The notes: generated from the sequence alone by a model not told the origin. Counted from the stretch's first letter, positions 18,399-27,364 are shown. The stretch is DNA of 57,748 nucleotides from Chloroflexota bacterium (GCA_013151955.1 JAADHH010000140.1:1-57748), one strand, 5' to 3'. Numbers and translations are program-made.

Positions 18399-19738
18399 GC
18401 CATCCTTCTTAAAGCATCAACCAATGGGCTGGTGCCGTCCGGGCGGAACAGGGCATAGTGACCGAACTCCGCATCTTTGCCGCCGCCGGCTTCATTGGCA
18501 ATCAGCCAGTATGTGTACGCAAAGTTGTACGGCTGCCGGTGACGCATGTAATCGTATGCACCGGTTACCATTTGGGTTTGCTCCTTCTCGGAGACAAGGT
18601 TGGAAACGTGTGTGCCTCCCTCCGTGCCGATGACCGGCAAGGAACGGCCTAACTCATCCCGAACGATGCGGTCGTACTGCTCGAATCGCAGGAACCCGTT
18701 GGGGTCGTCCAGCGCGCGCGGGCCGGTGTAGTTGTGTATGGCCAGCCAGGCGTGGTCCAACACCCCCACTTTGCCCCGCGCCTTGATGCCGCGCAGGGCG
18801 TTGCGCAAGAATTTGCGGTCATCGTATTCGCCCTGCGGACTCAGCGCACCGAACCCGGGCAGTCCTCCGGCCTTGGTCACCGCTTCTGCCGCGGGCAGCC
18901 AGAGGTCAAGATAACGCTGTACATCCGGTGGATTTCCTCCCGTCTCCACACGCAGATTTGGCTCGTTGTAAAGCTGAAAGTAGCGTACGCCCAAAGATTT
19001 ATAGTGCCGGACCATAGCCTGCAAATCGCCACCGATAGGCACGAGGCCCGGCGTGTAGACGCGCAAAACCGGCTCGATCCCCGCTTGGGTGAGCTTTTGT
19101 GCCAGGTAATCGTTTGCTCCCACGTTGGTCCCGTCGTTGAGGAACACGCCCCATTTGATGTGCATATCCTTCATTTCCTTCACGAAGTGGTCCACGACTG
19201 CGGGTGGCGATCCCAGGGTGGGGATCCAGTGCATACCCCGGCCGTTGTCTGCCGGCGGGTGCGGATAGGCGTCGAGCGGCATCGGATTCGAGGTCGCACC
19301 CTGGACCCCATCCACGCCGGGCACAGCGGAAATGGCCGGGGTGGTTCCGGTGGTAACCGGCGGTTGCGCCACCAACGGGCCATTTTGGGCGACCACGGCC
19401 GGAGCCGGTTCTATCGAGGCGTTTGGCGAAGCGTTCTGCTCGCGTTGCACGGGTAATGTGCGCAGCCAGGAACGAAGCCGCGCAAATGAATCGACGCCCG
19501 CTTGTACCTGCACCCTGGGCACCCGGCTCGTCTTCAGAAAATGTAGCGTCTGCCAATGCTGGGAAGCCGCGGAGGAAAGTCTGGAAGACGAACGTGCCGC
19601 CTGTTGCAGTGCCGCGTCGAAAGTCGCTTCGCCGGCAAGATGTTCCGTCTGGACGTGGGCACGGTCCGTGGAACGGGCATTGTTTGCCGGACTGCCGGAA
19701 GAAATCACGGGCTGTGCGGCGACGAGTTGACCACCCAT
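18395..19738 (-). CDS. Clan GH-A glycoside hydrolase-like protein with a low-complexity N-terminus and no Sec signal
   Basis: YPHPPADNGRGMHW, YFQLYNEPN, AIHNY, LPVIGTEGG, YWLIANEAGGG; homologous to both domains of 262-3690. Confidence 0.72.
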   Translation of the reverse strand: MGGQLVAAQPVISSGSPANNARSTDRAHVQTEHLAGEATFDAALQQAARSSSRLSSAASQHWQTLHFLKTSRVPRVQVQAGVDSFARLRSWLRTLPVQREQNASPNASIEPAPAVVAQNGPLVAQPPVTTGTTPAISAVPGVDGVQGATSNPMPLDAYPHPPADNGRGMHWIPTLGSPPAVVDHFVKEMKDMHIKWGVFLNDGTNVGANDYLAQKLTQAGIEPVLRVYTPGLVPIGGDLQAMVRHYKSLGVRYFQLYNEPNLRVETGGNPPDVQRYLDLWLPAAEAVTKAGGLPGFGALSPQGEYDDRKFLRNALRGIKARGKVGVLDHAWLAIHNYTGPRALDDPNGFLRFEQYDRIVRDELGRSLPVIGTEGGTHVSNLVSEKEQTQMVTGAYDYMRHRQPYNFAYTYWLIANEAGGGKDAEFGHYALFRPDGTSPLVDALRRMA

Positions 19739-19957
19739 ACGATCTTACACCTCGCTCGAATGTAACATATTGTCAATCCAGGGTTGCGCCGGCTGCGATA
19801 GGAGTAGCGGAAGTGCAGGGAAACGCTTTTTCATCGTGCACACAGGCACCCTTTCTGATCGTATGTCCAAATCTGTGTCTTGCGCTCTTCCAATCTGAAG
19901 CCTGAGACCCTTTCAGCAGCGTATCGTACGCGTAAACACGGGAAGTTGTGTGCTCCT

Positions 19958-20024
19958 ACTATAGCACGGAACGACGGAGATTTCAGTAAAGAAGATGTGA
20001 AACTGGCGTAAAAGTGCCGTAAAG
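19958..20024 (-). promoter_or_regulatory. Four-box 11-bp-period regulator site plus extended -10 (left-arm promoter)
   Basis: CTTTACG-N4-TTTTACG-N4-TTTCACA-N4-CTTTACT-N21-TATAGT, with TG before the -10. Confidence 0.75.
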
Positions 20025-20114
20025 AGTGCGCCTGCGGAATACGCTCGGGCCGACCTGGATTTCTATCCGAGGGCCTCGCAGCCGTTGCGGCAGTTTTCTG
20101 TGCGTTTTGGGTTG

Positions 20115-20176
20115 CCTTGCTCGCTCACAGCAGGCGACAGTTCGTGCCCTTGCGGCGGATTGTCACCCGCCGCGAG
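20115..20176 (-). repeat. Intergenic repeat GGTGACAATCCGCCGC...ACTGTCG..GCTGTGAGCG (copy 1)
   Basis: Reverse complement aligns with 24371-24435 and 27163-27209. Confidence 0.8.
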
Positions 20177-20216
20177 GGCGAGGCGCTATGTGGGTATGGA
20201 CTTCTGCCCTCAAAGT

Positions 20217-22217
20217 TCATCGCTGCCGGAGGCTGGTCTGCACCTCGGCCCCGCGCCCGACCCGCCGGATATGCACAAGTTCCAGCAGGGTGCCGGCCGG
20301 CCCGCCCGCCGCATCGCCGGCAGCCGTGACGATCTGGGCGGGGAGCCGGCTGCCCACGTCCCAGGGGTTGTCGCCGCGCGTCACGACCAGGGCGACGCCA
20401 AATTGCCGCTGCCGGTATAGCTCCCAGTGCAAGGTGTCCAGCCGCATGGTCTCGCCGGTGGGCCAGCGGCGTGGCGGATACCAGATGGCCGCCGGAATCT
20501 CGTATTCGCTGCCGGGCAGCGGCTCACCCTGTGCGCCGGTGAGGAAGGCGAAGATGCGCAGGTCGTCGGGCAACGGCCGGCGCACCTGCACATACAGGCG
20601 CAGGTAGACGCGCGGCGCGGACGGGCGGGTTTGCAGCACGTCGAAACCGGTCAGCGCGAAGGAGTCTCCGAACATCACGCGGGTGGGGTATTGCGGCGTG
20701 GCCGCTCCCGCCTGGGCAAAGCGATAGAACGAAGGGGGGATCGTCCGGTTGGTCTCTCCTTTGCGCAGCAACAAGATGCCATCTCTGCCGTCCACGATGC
20801 CGAATCCCTCTTCGTGGATCAGTCGTTGCACAAAGTCATACTCGTCGCGGGGGATGACCGGCACGTTCGTCGGGGTCATATCGTAGAGAACCGTGCCGGC
20901 CTCTTCCAGACGGGGGAAGACGTACAGGGTGTTTCGCCCGCTCACGTGCGGGTTCAAGCGGTCGCTGGCGCTGACGGCCGCGTCCGGCCGCACTTGCGCG
21001 AAGAGGGCTTGAGCTGCCTGCCGGTGAGTCGTGACCTCTGGCCAGCGGAAGCCGGCGGCCAGCGGGGTCTCCCCCCCTTGCCGGTGGGCAACGAGTGTGG
21101 CGCTCAACACGGCCAGAGCAAGAACGTAGACAGCCCGTTTCCGGGGCCAGCCCCGCGAAGCTACGCGGTCGGCCAGCCAGGCCACGCCGTCCAGGCAGGC
21201 GACGAAGAGGATCGGAACCAGGGGGGCGGCGTAGTGCAAGAGCAGGTCGGGATCGTGCATCAAGCCGGTAGCGCTCAGGAGATTCACGGCCAGGACCGGC
21301 AGCGCTATGAAAAGGGCCGCTAGACCGGCCAGGGGCATGAGCGCCCACGGGGCCAGCAAGGTCCAGAGGTAGGCCGGCTTGGGCGGAGCGATCAGGGCTG
21401 CCCAGAGCGTGCCGGGATGGGTCAACAGGCTCCGCGCCATCTCCAGGGGGGTGTTGCCCCATTGGCCGTAGTGCAACGCGAAATATTGGGATTGTCCGTG
21501 AGCGTTGAAGTGGGGGATGACCAGAAACAGTCCCCCGTAAAGCCAGAGCAGGGAGAGCGCAAAGGTCGCCAGGCCCAGCCGGCGTTCCCGCTCGAAAAGG
21601 AAGGCGTAGACGCCCACCAGCATTCCGACGAGAGGCAGCACCTCCTTGCAACCGATGGTTAGCGCAATGAAAACGAGAAAGAGCCACCGGCGGCGCGTGC
21701 GCAGGAAATAGAAGGCGTAGAGCAGAAAGCTGGCGGCCAGGGTCATCGGATGGAAATCAAAGAGGTTTGCCTGCTCCAACGCCGGCGACAGCAGGTAGGC
21801 GGCGGCGAAAACCAGCCCCACGACTTCCGGGTGATCTACCCTGGGTCTGGCCATGCGCGTCGCCAGCGCATACGCCGGCAGGGCCCCGAGGGCCAGGATG
21901 GCCGTCTGCCCCACGAGCAAGGTCGCCGGGCCGGCATTGATCAGATAGAAGAGGACGAAGAGCAACAGCGTCGGTTGAAAATGATCGGCCAGGAGCATGT
22001 CGAAGCCCGCTTCGTTCGTGGAACGGAGGAAAGCGCCGTGGGTCGTATTCCATAGCGCCTGGTTGTAGATGCCCAAATCGAACGCAGTGCTTTGGAAGGC
22101 TTCGTGCCGCTGTATGGTGAGCGTGGCGAAGAAGAGGAAATAGCTCCCCACCATGAGTGCCAGGAAGAGGGCCGGTAGCACCGGCGATGGGCGGCGGGCG
22201 GCGATGGATTGCCTCAT
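20217..22217 (-). CDS. DUF2079-like polytopic membrane protein (GT-C-type glycosyltransferase) with C-terminal extracytoplasmic domain
   Basis: FDLGIYNQALW, LADHFQP, FDFHP, CKE motifs; many transmembrane helices. Confidence 0.8.
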   Translation of the reverse strand: MRQSIAARRPSPVLPALFLALMVGSYFLFFATLTIQRHEAFQSTAFDLGIYNQALWNTTHGAFLRSTNEAGFDMLLADHFQPTLLLFVLFYLINAGPATLLVGQTAILALGALPAYALATRMARPRVDHPEVVGLVFAAAYLLSPALEQANLFDFHPMTLAASFLLYAFYFLRTRRRWLFLVFIALTIGCKEVLPLVGMLVGVYAFLFERERRLGLATFALSLLWLYGGLFLVIPHFNAHGQSQYFALHYGQWGNTPLEMARSLLTHPGTLWAALIAPPKPAYLWTLLAPWALMPLAGLAALFIALPVLAVNLLSATGLMHDPDLLLHYAAPLVPILFVACLDGVAWLADRVASRGWPRKRAVYVLALAVLSATLVAHRQGGETPLAAGFRWPEVTTHRQAAQALFAQVRPDAAVSASDRLNPHVSGRNTLYVFPRLEEAGTVLYDMTPTNVPVIPRDEYDFVQRLIHEEGFGIVDGRDGILLLRKGETNRTIPPSFYRFAQAGAATPQYPTRVMFGDSFALTGFDVLQTRPSAPRVYLRLYVQVRRPLPDDLRIFAFLTGAQGEPLPGSEYEIPAAIWYPPRRWPTGETMRLDTLHWELYRQRQFGVALVVTRGDNPWDVGSRLPAQIVTAAGDAAGGPAGTLLELVHIRRVGRGAEVQTSLRQR

Positions 22218-24271
22218 TTTGCCCTCCGGCTGCTGATGGTGATGCGGCCCAGCCGCAGATGATCGGTGCCATCGGGTAAGTTCAGGCGTTGACCGGTGGC
22301 CGGATCATAAAGGCCGGCGACCAGTTCGTAGTCGCCCGGCGGCAGGTCGGGTGGCAGGGGAATGCCGTGCGCATCGGCGATTCGCTCGCGCGGTTGCCAG
22401 GACGTTGTGGGCCGGCGGCCGGCAGCGGGAATGCCGTCGTGCTGGGCCAGTGGTCGTCCATCCGGGCCCAGCAGGTGGACAAAGACCTGCTCGCTCACCG
22501 TCACGGGCCGGTCGGCTTCCCAGACGAGGCGCAAACGCAAGATGTCACCGGCGTACAGCGGGCCTTCGTCATGCGCCCAAGCGTCCAGACGGATGCCGGC
22601 CGAGAAAGGCGCGTTCAACGTATGTTCCGGCCCCACGTCTCCCAGCCCGTAAAGGTCTGCACGCAAGGTGTCGAACCACTTTCCGCCGGCAGGGAAGGCA
22701 TTTTGGTCGGCCCAGTCGCGCAGGGGAGCGACTTCCGGTGTATTGCTGTCGAGCAGCCAGAGGCGACCCGTCTGTTGGGCCAGCCAGGGGAGACCTGCTT
22801 TGCGTCCCTGGGCACTGGTGATCAGTCTGGCTTGCTGGCCATTCGCCAGGTAGGGATAGAAGCGGCGATACAAGTCGCGGTCGGCGAACAGGAAGGTGGC
22901 GGGCGGCCCGGCGGCCAGGCTGCGTATGGCCTCGTGGTAGGGGTCGGCCTGCAGGCGGGCGGTGCGATAGGCGGCGAAGGCGGACGGCGCGGCGATTGTG
23001 CTGCCCATGATGGCCAACAGGGTCAGCAGCGCGGGCAGCGGCTGTAGCAGGCGACGCAGCCGCTCGCGCGGAAAGAGGATCGCGCCATATTCGAGGGCCA
23101 GCGCGACCAGTAGCAGCGTGCGGAAGACGATCACGGCGGCGAAGAGCGCTTTATCGCCGGGCAGCATCAACTGAGCGACCGGCCATTCCGCCAGGTTGGC
23201 CAGGCCGAGCAAGACAGCATAGGTGCCCCCGCGCAGGTTGGGCAGCAGGAGCGCCACGAATGGGAGGAGGTAGATGATGAATTGCGGGCTGTACCCTTTG
23301 CTCCAGAGCATGAAAAGGCTCACGGTCAGGCCGGCGAAGGCGACGGCCGTGCGCGGCGCTTTCCAATCGATTGGCCGGAGGTAGAGCCAGAGTCCAACCA
23401 GGCCGAAAGCCAGCGTGATCAGCGGCCAGGGCAGGTGGGAAGGGTGGAGTGTGATGGCGGCGGTGGCCGGGTCGAACCGGTCGGCCAGGGACGTGACGAT
23501 GCCGCCCGAATAGTAGCCGTCCAACAAAGCCCAGACGGTTTCCCAGGAACCGCGTCGCAAGGGGCTGATGAAGGAAGCGGCCAGGAGGTCCGCGCGGATC
23601 CACAGGAAGGGTGCGGCCACGGCGAGGGCGGTGGCCACGGCGGTGCCGGTTGCGCGCAGGGCTTCCCGGCGGGTAGGTGCGGTTCGCCAGACGACGGGCA
23701 GAATCAGGGCCGGAAGCAATTTGGTCATGAAGCCCAGCCCGATGGCGATGCCGGCGCGGGAAGTCCGCTGCGTCAGGGTCAGGTAGAGAGCCAGCAGCAG
23801 GAAGAAGAGGGGCATGGGGTCGAACCATCCCATCCAGGTAAAGAGCGGCGCGAACAGGAGGGCATAGAACCAGCTTGATCGCAATGCACCCGCTGCGTCC
23901 TGCCAGAGGTGGGCCAGACGGTATACCAAAACCAGGTTGCCGATTTCAAAAGGGAGCAGGGCCAGTCCCATACCGAGTTGAAACCATAGCCGCGCGTCGT
24001 TCCAGGGGGGGAGCAGCAGGCTCAAGCGATAGACCACTACGGCCAGCCAGGGAAAGATGGGGGGGTACTCCATCCAGTAGTGGATGAAAGGGTACGCTCC
24101 CTGGTCGGAGAGGGCCACAAAACTGACGTTGGGCAGGTAATAGCCGTACCACTCCAGGATGTATCCTCCGGGCCGGTAGAGGAGCAAGGCCATCAACCGG
24201 AAGGAGGCAAACAGGAGCAGAAGCAGGGCAAATTCGCGCTGCCGGCGGTCGAACAACTGGCGTGAGAACAT
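22214..24271 (-). CDS. GT87-like (GT-C fold) membrane glycosyltransferase with C-terminal extracytoplasmic domain
   Basis: WMEYPP, WFD, TKLLP, KGYSPQF motifs; C-terminal FVHLLG.DG..LAQHDG.P..G.RPTTSW...GDYEL..GLYD..TGQRL. Confidence 0.75.
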   Translation of the reverse strand: MFSRQLFDRRQREFALLLLLFASFRLMALLLYRPGGYILEWYGYYLPNVSFVALSDQGAYPFIHYWMEYPPIFPWLAVVVYRLSLLLPPWNDARLWFQLGMGLALLPFEIGNLVLVYRLAHLWQDAAGALRSSWFYALLFAPLFTWMGWFDPMPLFFLLLALYLTLTQRTSRAGIAIGLGFMTKLLPALILPVVWRTAPTRREALRATGTAVATALAVAAPFLWIRADLLAASFISPLRRGSWETVWALLDGYYSGGIVTSLADRFDPATAAITLHPSHLPWPLITLAFGLVGLWLYLRPIDWKAPRTAVAFAGLTVSLFMLWSKGYSPQFIIYLLPFVALLLPNLRGGTYAVLLGLANLAEWPVAQLMLPGDKALFAAVIVFRTLLLVALALEYGAILFPRERLRRLLQPLPALLTLLAIMGSTIAAPSAFAAYRTARLQADPYHEAIRSLAAGPPATFLFADRDLYRRFYPYLANGQQARLITSAQGRKAGLPWLAQQTGRLWLLDSNTPEVAPLRDWADQNAFPAGGKWFDTLRADLYGLGDVGPEHTLNAPFSAGIRLDAWAHDEGPLYAGDILRLRLVWEADRPVTVSEQVFVHLLGPDGRPLAQHDGIPAAGRRPTTSWQPRERIADAHGIPLPPDLPPGDYELVAGLYDPATGQRLNLPDGTDHLRLGRITISSRRAK

Positions 24272-24280
24272 TGCGGCCAC

Positions 24281-24309
24281 ATTCTAACACGTTTTTCGCC
24301 AGAGAGCAA
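24281..24309 (-). promoter_or_regulatory. sigma70-type promoter (near-leaderless transcript)
   Basis: TTGCTC-N17-TAGAAT with TG extension; ATG lies 9 nt downstream of the -10. Confidence 0.5.
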
Positions 24310-24370
24310 AGACGGAAAGTGTTCGGGGTGGCCGTCAAAACTTTGCGTCTGGAGCGTTGCCCCCCTTCCG

Positions 24371-24435
24371 CTCGTGGCGGGTGACAATCCGCCGCCGCAG
24401 GGACGCGGACTGTCGTCCGCTGTGAGCGAGCAAGG
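24371..24435 (+). repeat. Intergenic repeat GGTGACAATCCGCCGC... (copy 2)
   Basis: ggtgacaatccgccgccgcagggacgcggactgtcgtccgctgtgagcgagcaagg. Confidence 0.8.
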
Positions 24436-24449
24436 GTGCCGCCTGGCAA

Positions 24450-25811
24450 TCAGGCCAGGATGTTCATGATGGAAATCAGTGGCTTCGTGGCGTTCTCCAA
24501 CAAAGTTTGCCGCCGATTCGGTTTCGTTTCTGAGGAGGAAGGTGGTGGGGGGTCTGTGTCTGGAGAAGGTAGAATCACTTTCACTTTGGTGATCCGTTGT
24601 CCTTTGATGTCCAGGACCGTCGCTTTCACGCCCTCGACGGTGATCGTGTCGCCGACTTCCGGTATGCGACCGAGACGGCTGTAGATGAGCCCTCCCAAGG
24701 TGTCACTTTCCTCTGTAGGGAGGGAAATTGAGCATTGGCGGTTGAGGTCATCCAGGTCAATTCGTGCATTACATATAACCTCGAAGGGGGTGATCACCTC
24801 GAGGAGAGGCTCTTCTGCCATGTCGTATTCATCGCGAATTTCTCCGACAATCTCTTCGATCAAGTCCTCGATGGTCACCAGGCCGGCGACTCCGCCATAT
24901 TCGTCTACGACGATGGCGATGTGCGTACGAAGTTGTTGGAGTTCTTGCAGCAGTTCGTCGGCGGCTTTCGATTCGGGAACGAAATAGGCATCGCGAATAG
25001 TTTGGCTGAGGGGAATAGTGGTATTGCTATCGCGCAGGTAGCCGAGCAGGTCTTTGGCATAGAGGATGCCGATAATATTATCAACGTTGCCCTGGTAGAC
25101 GGGGATCCGGGAATGGCCCGCCCGTATCACCGTAGACAACGCTTCGAGCATGGGCGTGTCGGCATCCACGGCCACGATGTCGGGCCGGGGAACCATGACC
25201 TCGCGGGCCAGCGCATTTCCAAGCTGGAATACGCCGGCGATCATTTCTCGCTCTTCTGCTTCTATTGTGCCATTGTCGGCGCCGGCGACGTGGGCCAGTG
25301 CTCGCAGGTCTTCGTCGGTTAGCTTTCCGTGGATATGGCCCACTTCGCTGGCTGTCAGGCCGCCAGCCTGGGAAATCTTCATGGCCAGCCAGAGAAGTGG
25401 GTACAGAATAAGCGACAATCCCCGCATGATTCCGTTCACGGCGGGCGTCAGACGAGCAGCATGTTTCTTGCCGATTCCCAGGGGGAGCGCATATCCCAGG
25501 AGGCCGGCAATCAAGAGCCAGGCAGCGAATGATTCGCCTGCTGTATAGGTTCCCAACCCTTTCGCAACAACCCACTCCTGGATTATCAGTACGCCGGCGA
25601 TGAGACCGGTTGCACTCAGCAGCCAGCGAAGTACCGTCTCGCGCTGAACAAGCCAAAAATCAACTTCGCGCATATTGATCCAGGTAGCCAGCCTGTGCAG
25701 TTCCTCGTGGAGGGCGATTCCCTTTGCGAGGGCGCTGATCCACAAGGGTACCAATGCACCGGCCAGACCGGCGACGACCAACCAATTAACCGAGTCCAAC
25801 ATTTTGAACAC
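24450..25811 (-). CDS. Hemolysin-family / CNNM protein with a CBS pair and CorC/HlyC domain
   Basis: REVMVPRPDI, GHSRIPVY, VVDEYGGVAGLVTIEDLIEEIVGEIRDEYD, TLGGLI..LGRIP. Confidence 0.92.
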   Translation of the reverse strand: MFKMLDSVNWLVVAGLAGALVPLWISALAKGIALHEELHRLATWINMREVDFWLVQRETVLRWLLSATGLIAGVLIIQEWVVAKGLGTYTAGESFAAWLLIAGLLGYALPLGIGKKHAARLTPAVNGIMRGLSLILYPLLWLAMKISQAGGLTASEVGHIHGKLTDEDLRALAHVAGADNGTIEAEEREMIAGVFQLGNALAREVMVPRPDIVAVDADTPMLEALSTVIRAGHSRIPVYQGNVDNIIGILYAKDLLGYLRDSNTTIPLSQTIRDAYFVPESKAADELLQELQQLRTHIAIVVDEYGGVAGLVTIEDLIEEIVGEIRDEYDMAEEPLLEVITPFEVICNARIDLDDLNRQCSISLPTEESDTLGGLIYSRLGRIPEVGDTITVEGVKATVLDIKGQRITKVKVILPSPDTDPPPPSSSETKPNRRQTLLENATKPLISIMNILA

Positions 25812-25917
25812 ACCTTTTTTAGTTATTCAGAAACAAGGGCCTGACGAAAACGAGTTTCGTGGCCTGCCAAAAGCCAGTTCTCAACCACAGAAGGCACAGA
25901 GTTTCCAGCCGGTTTTT

Positions 25918-26913
25918 CTAGCGAATGTGTGCAAACGGGCCAATCTTGGAGTTCTCCTCTATTCGTGCGGCGGAAACCACAGAGGCTATGATCTGACAGT
26001 TGTTCTCCACGGTAGCGTCTTGCAGCAGGGTGTTGGGGCCGATCACGCATTGCTCGCCAATTGTGGTGTTTCCGCGGAGGAACGTGTTGGGCTCGATCAC
26101 CGTATCGCGTCCCACGCGGACGCCCATCTCGGAGTAGATTGTGTTTGGGTCACGCAGGGTTACGCCGCCGAGCATCAATTCGCGGTTGAGGCGCGATTGC
26201 AATTCGGCCTCGGCGTCGGCGAGATGGCAGCGGTCGTTGATGCCCATCACTTCGGTGGCGTCTTCGGCAACCAGGCTGCCGATGGCTTCTCCTTCGCCGG
26301 CAGCGATGGCCACCAAATCTGTCAGGTAATATTCTCCACCGGCGCTGGGGGCCAATTGGTCAAGATGTGGCCACAGCCAGCTTGCCCGAAAGCACAGGAT
26401 ACCGCTGTTCGCTTCTTGAATGGCCCGTTGCTCCGGCGTAGCGTCCTTTTGTTCCACAATTCCCCGCACATTTCCCGAATCGTCTCGTAGGATGCGGCCA
26501 TAACCGGTCACATTCTGTGGGAGAAATGTCAGCAACGATACTGCGGCATCGCGTTGGGCATGGATGTCGAGCATCTGTCGCAACGTGGCGCCTCTGACCA
26601 GCGGCGTGTCTCCATAAAGGACCAGGACGGTTTGGCTTTTTCCCCGCAACAAAGGCCGCGTTTGCAGAACCGCGTGACCGGTGCCTTGTTGGGGACTCTG
26701 GGTGACGCTGGTTACGTCGGGCGGCAGGGCCTGTTCTACCCGCTCTTTGTCGTGGCCCAAGACAACGAGAACGTGTGCCGGCTGCAATTGTTGCGCCGTG
26801 GTCAGGACATGGTTCACGATCGGCCATCCGGCCAGTGGATGCAAGACTTTGGGCAGGTTGGATTTCATGCGCGTGCCCTGACCGGCGGCCAGTACAATGA
26901 TGGAAAGGGTCAT
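25918..26913 (-). CDS. glmU: GlmU-like N-acetylglucosamine-1-phosphate uridylyltransferase, C-terminally shortened (331 aa)
   Basis: LAAGQGTRMKS.LPKVLH, QQGTGHAV, LYGDTPL, EYYLTD, GINDR; ends at IGPFAHIR*. Confidence 0.85.
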   Translation of the reverse strand: MTLSIIVLAAGQGTRMKSNLPKVLHPLAGWPIVNHVLTTAQQLQPAHVLVVLGHDKERVEQALPPDVTSVTQSPQQGTGHAVLQTRPLLRGKSQTVLVLYGDTPLVRGATLRQMLDIHAQRDAAVSLLTFLPQNVTGYGRILRDDSGNVRGIVEQKDATPEQRAIQEANSGILCFRASWLWPHLDQLAPSAGGEYYLTDLVAIAAGEGEAIGSLVAEDATEVMGINDRCHLADAEAELQSRLNRELMLGGVTLRDPNTIYSEMGVRVGRDTVIEPNTFLRGNTTIGEQCVIGPNTLLQDATVENNCQIIASVVSAARIEENSKIGPFAHIR

Positions 26914-27116
26914 CGTTTGGGTTTCTCCGAAGAAGTGTGCAAATGGCCGGCGACACGACACCACTTGTCGTCGAGCCTGCGAGCGGAAGGAAGAAGTACG
27001 GACGTGATGTGGTACATGCTAACGGGAATCGCGGCTAGAGCAACGGACCAAAATTGTTCTTGCGTAGTTATGTGAGACTCTGATTGTTCTGGAGGGTCTT
27101 CATCCATGATTTCTAA

Positions 27117-27145
27117 AGTTTACCTGAAATCTACCGGCCTGTCAA
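27117..27145 (-). promoter_or_regulatory. sigma70-type promoter upstream of glmU
   Basis: TTGACA-N17-TAAACT. Confidence 0.6.
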
Positions 27146-27162
27146 ATCGGCAAGCGCTCGGA

Positions 27163-27209
27163 TGACAATCCGCCGCCGCAGGGGCGCGGACTGTCGCCCG
27201 CTGTGAGCG
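27163..27209 (+). repeat. Intergenic repeat TGACAATCCGCCGC... (copy 3)
   Basis: tgacaatccgccgccgcaggggcgcggactgtcgcccgctgtgagcg. Confidence 0.8.
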
Positions 27210-27218
27210 CGTGTCTAC

Positions 27219-27364
27219 TTTGACAATGTCACATTCGAACGCCTGGCGAATGAATTCGCGGCTACGTGGGGCGAAGCTGCCCTGCGGCAGCTAAACGAGG
27301 CCACGCTTCGCCACCGGTAGCACGCGGTTTCAACCGCCGTGCAAGGAAATGTGACATTGTCAAA
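27219..27364. mobile_element. Small element with 17-bp perfect terminal inverted repeats enclosing REP-like hairpins
   Basis: TTTGACAATGTCACATT ... AATGTGACATTGTCAAA; internal GCGAATGAATTCGC and GCGGTTTCAACCGC. Confidence 0.65.

Noticed and set aside
19739-19950. Known riboswitch in the long leader of the GH-flgC operon
   Set aside because: No recognisable c-di-GMP, glycine or other aptamer consensus by eye; a covariance-model scan would be needed
25823-26050. Frameshifted continuation of glmU
   Set aside because: The alternative frames show no hexapeptide repeats or GlmU C-terminal motifs, and the space before the next gene is too short
26910-27107. 65-aa ORF upstream of glmU
   Set aside because: No RBS or recognisable motif; it may be a leaderless peptide or simply 5' UTR, so it is not called
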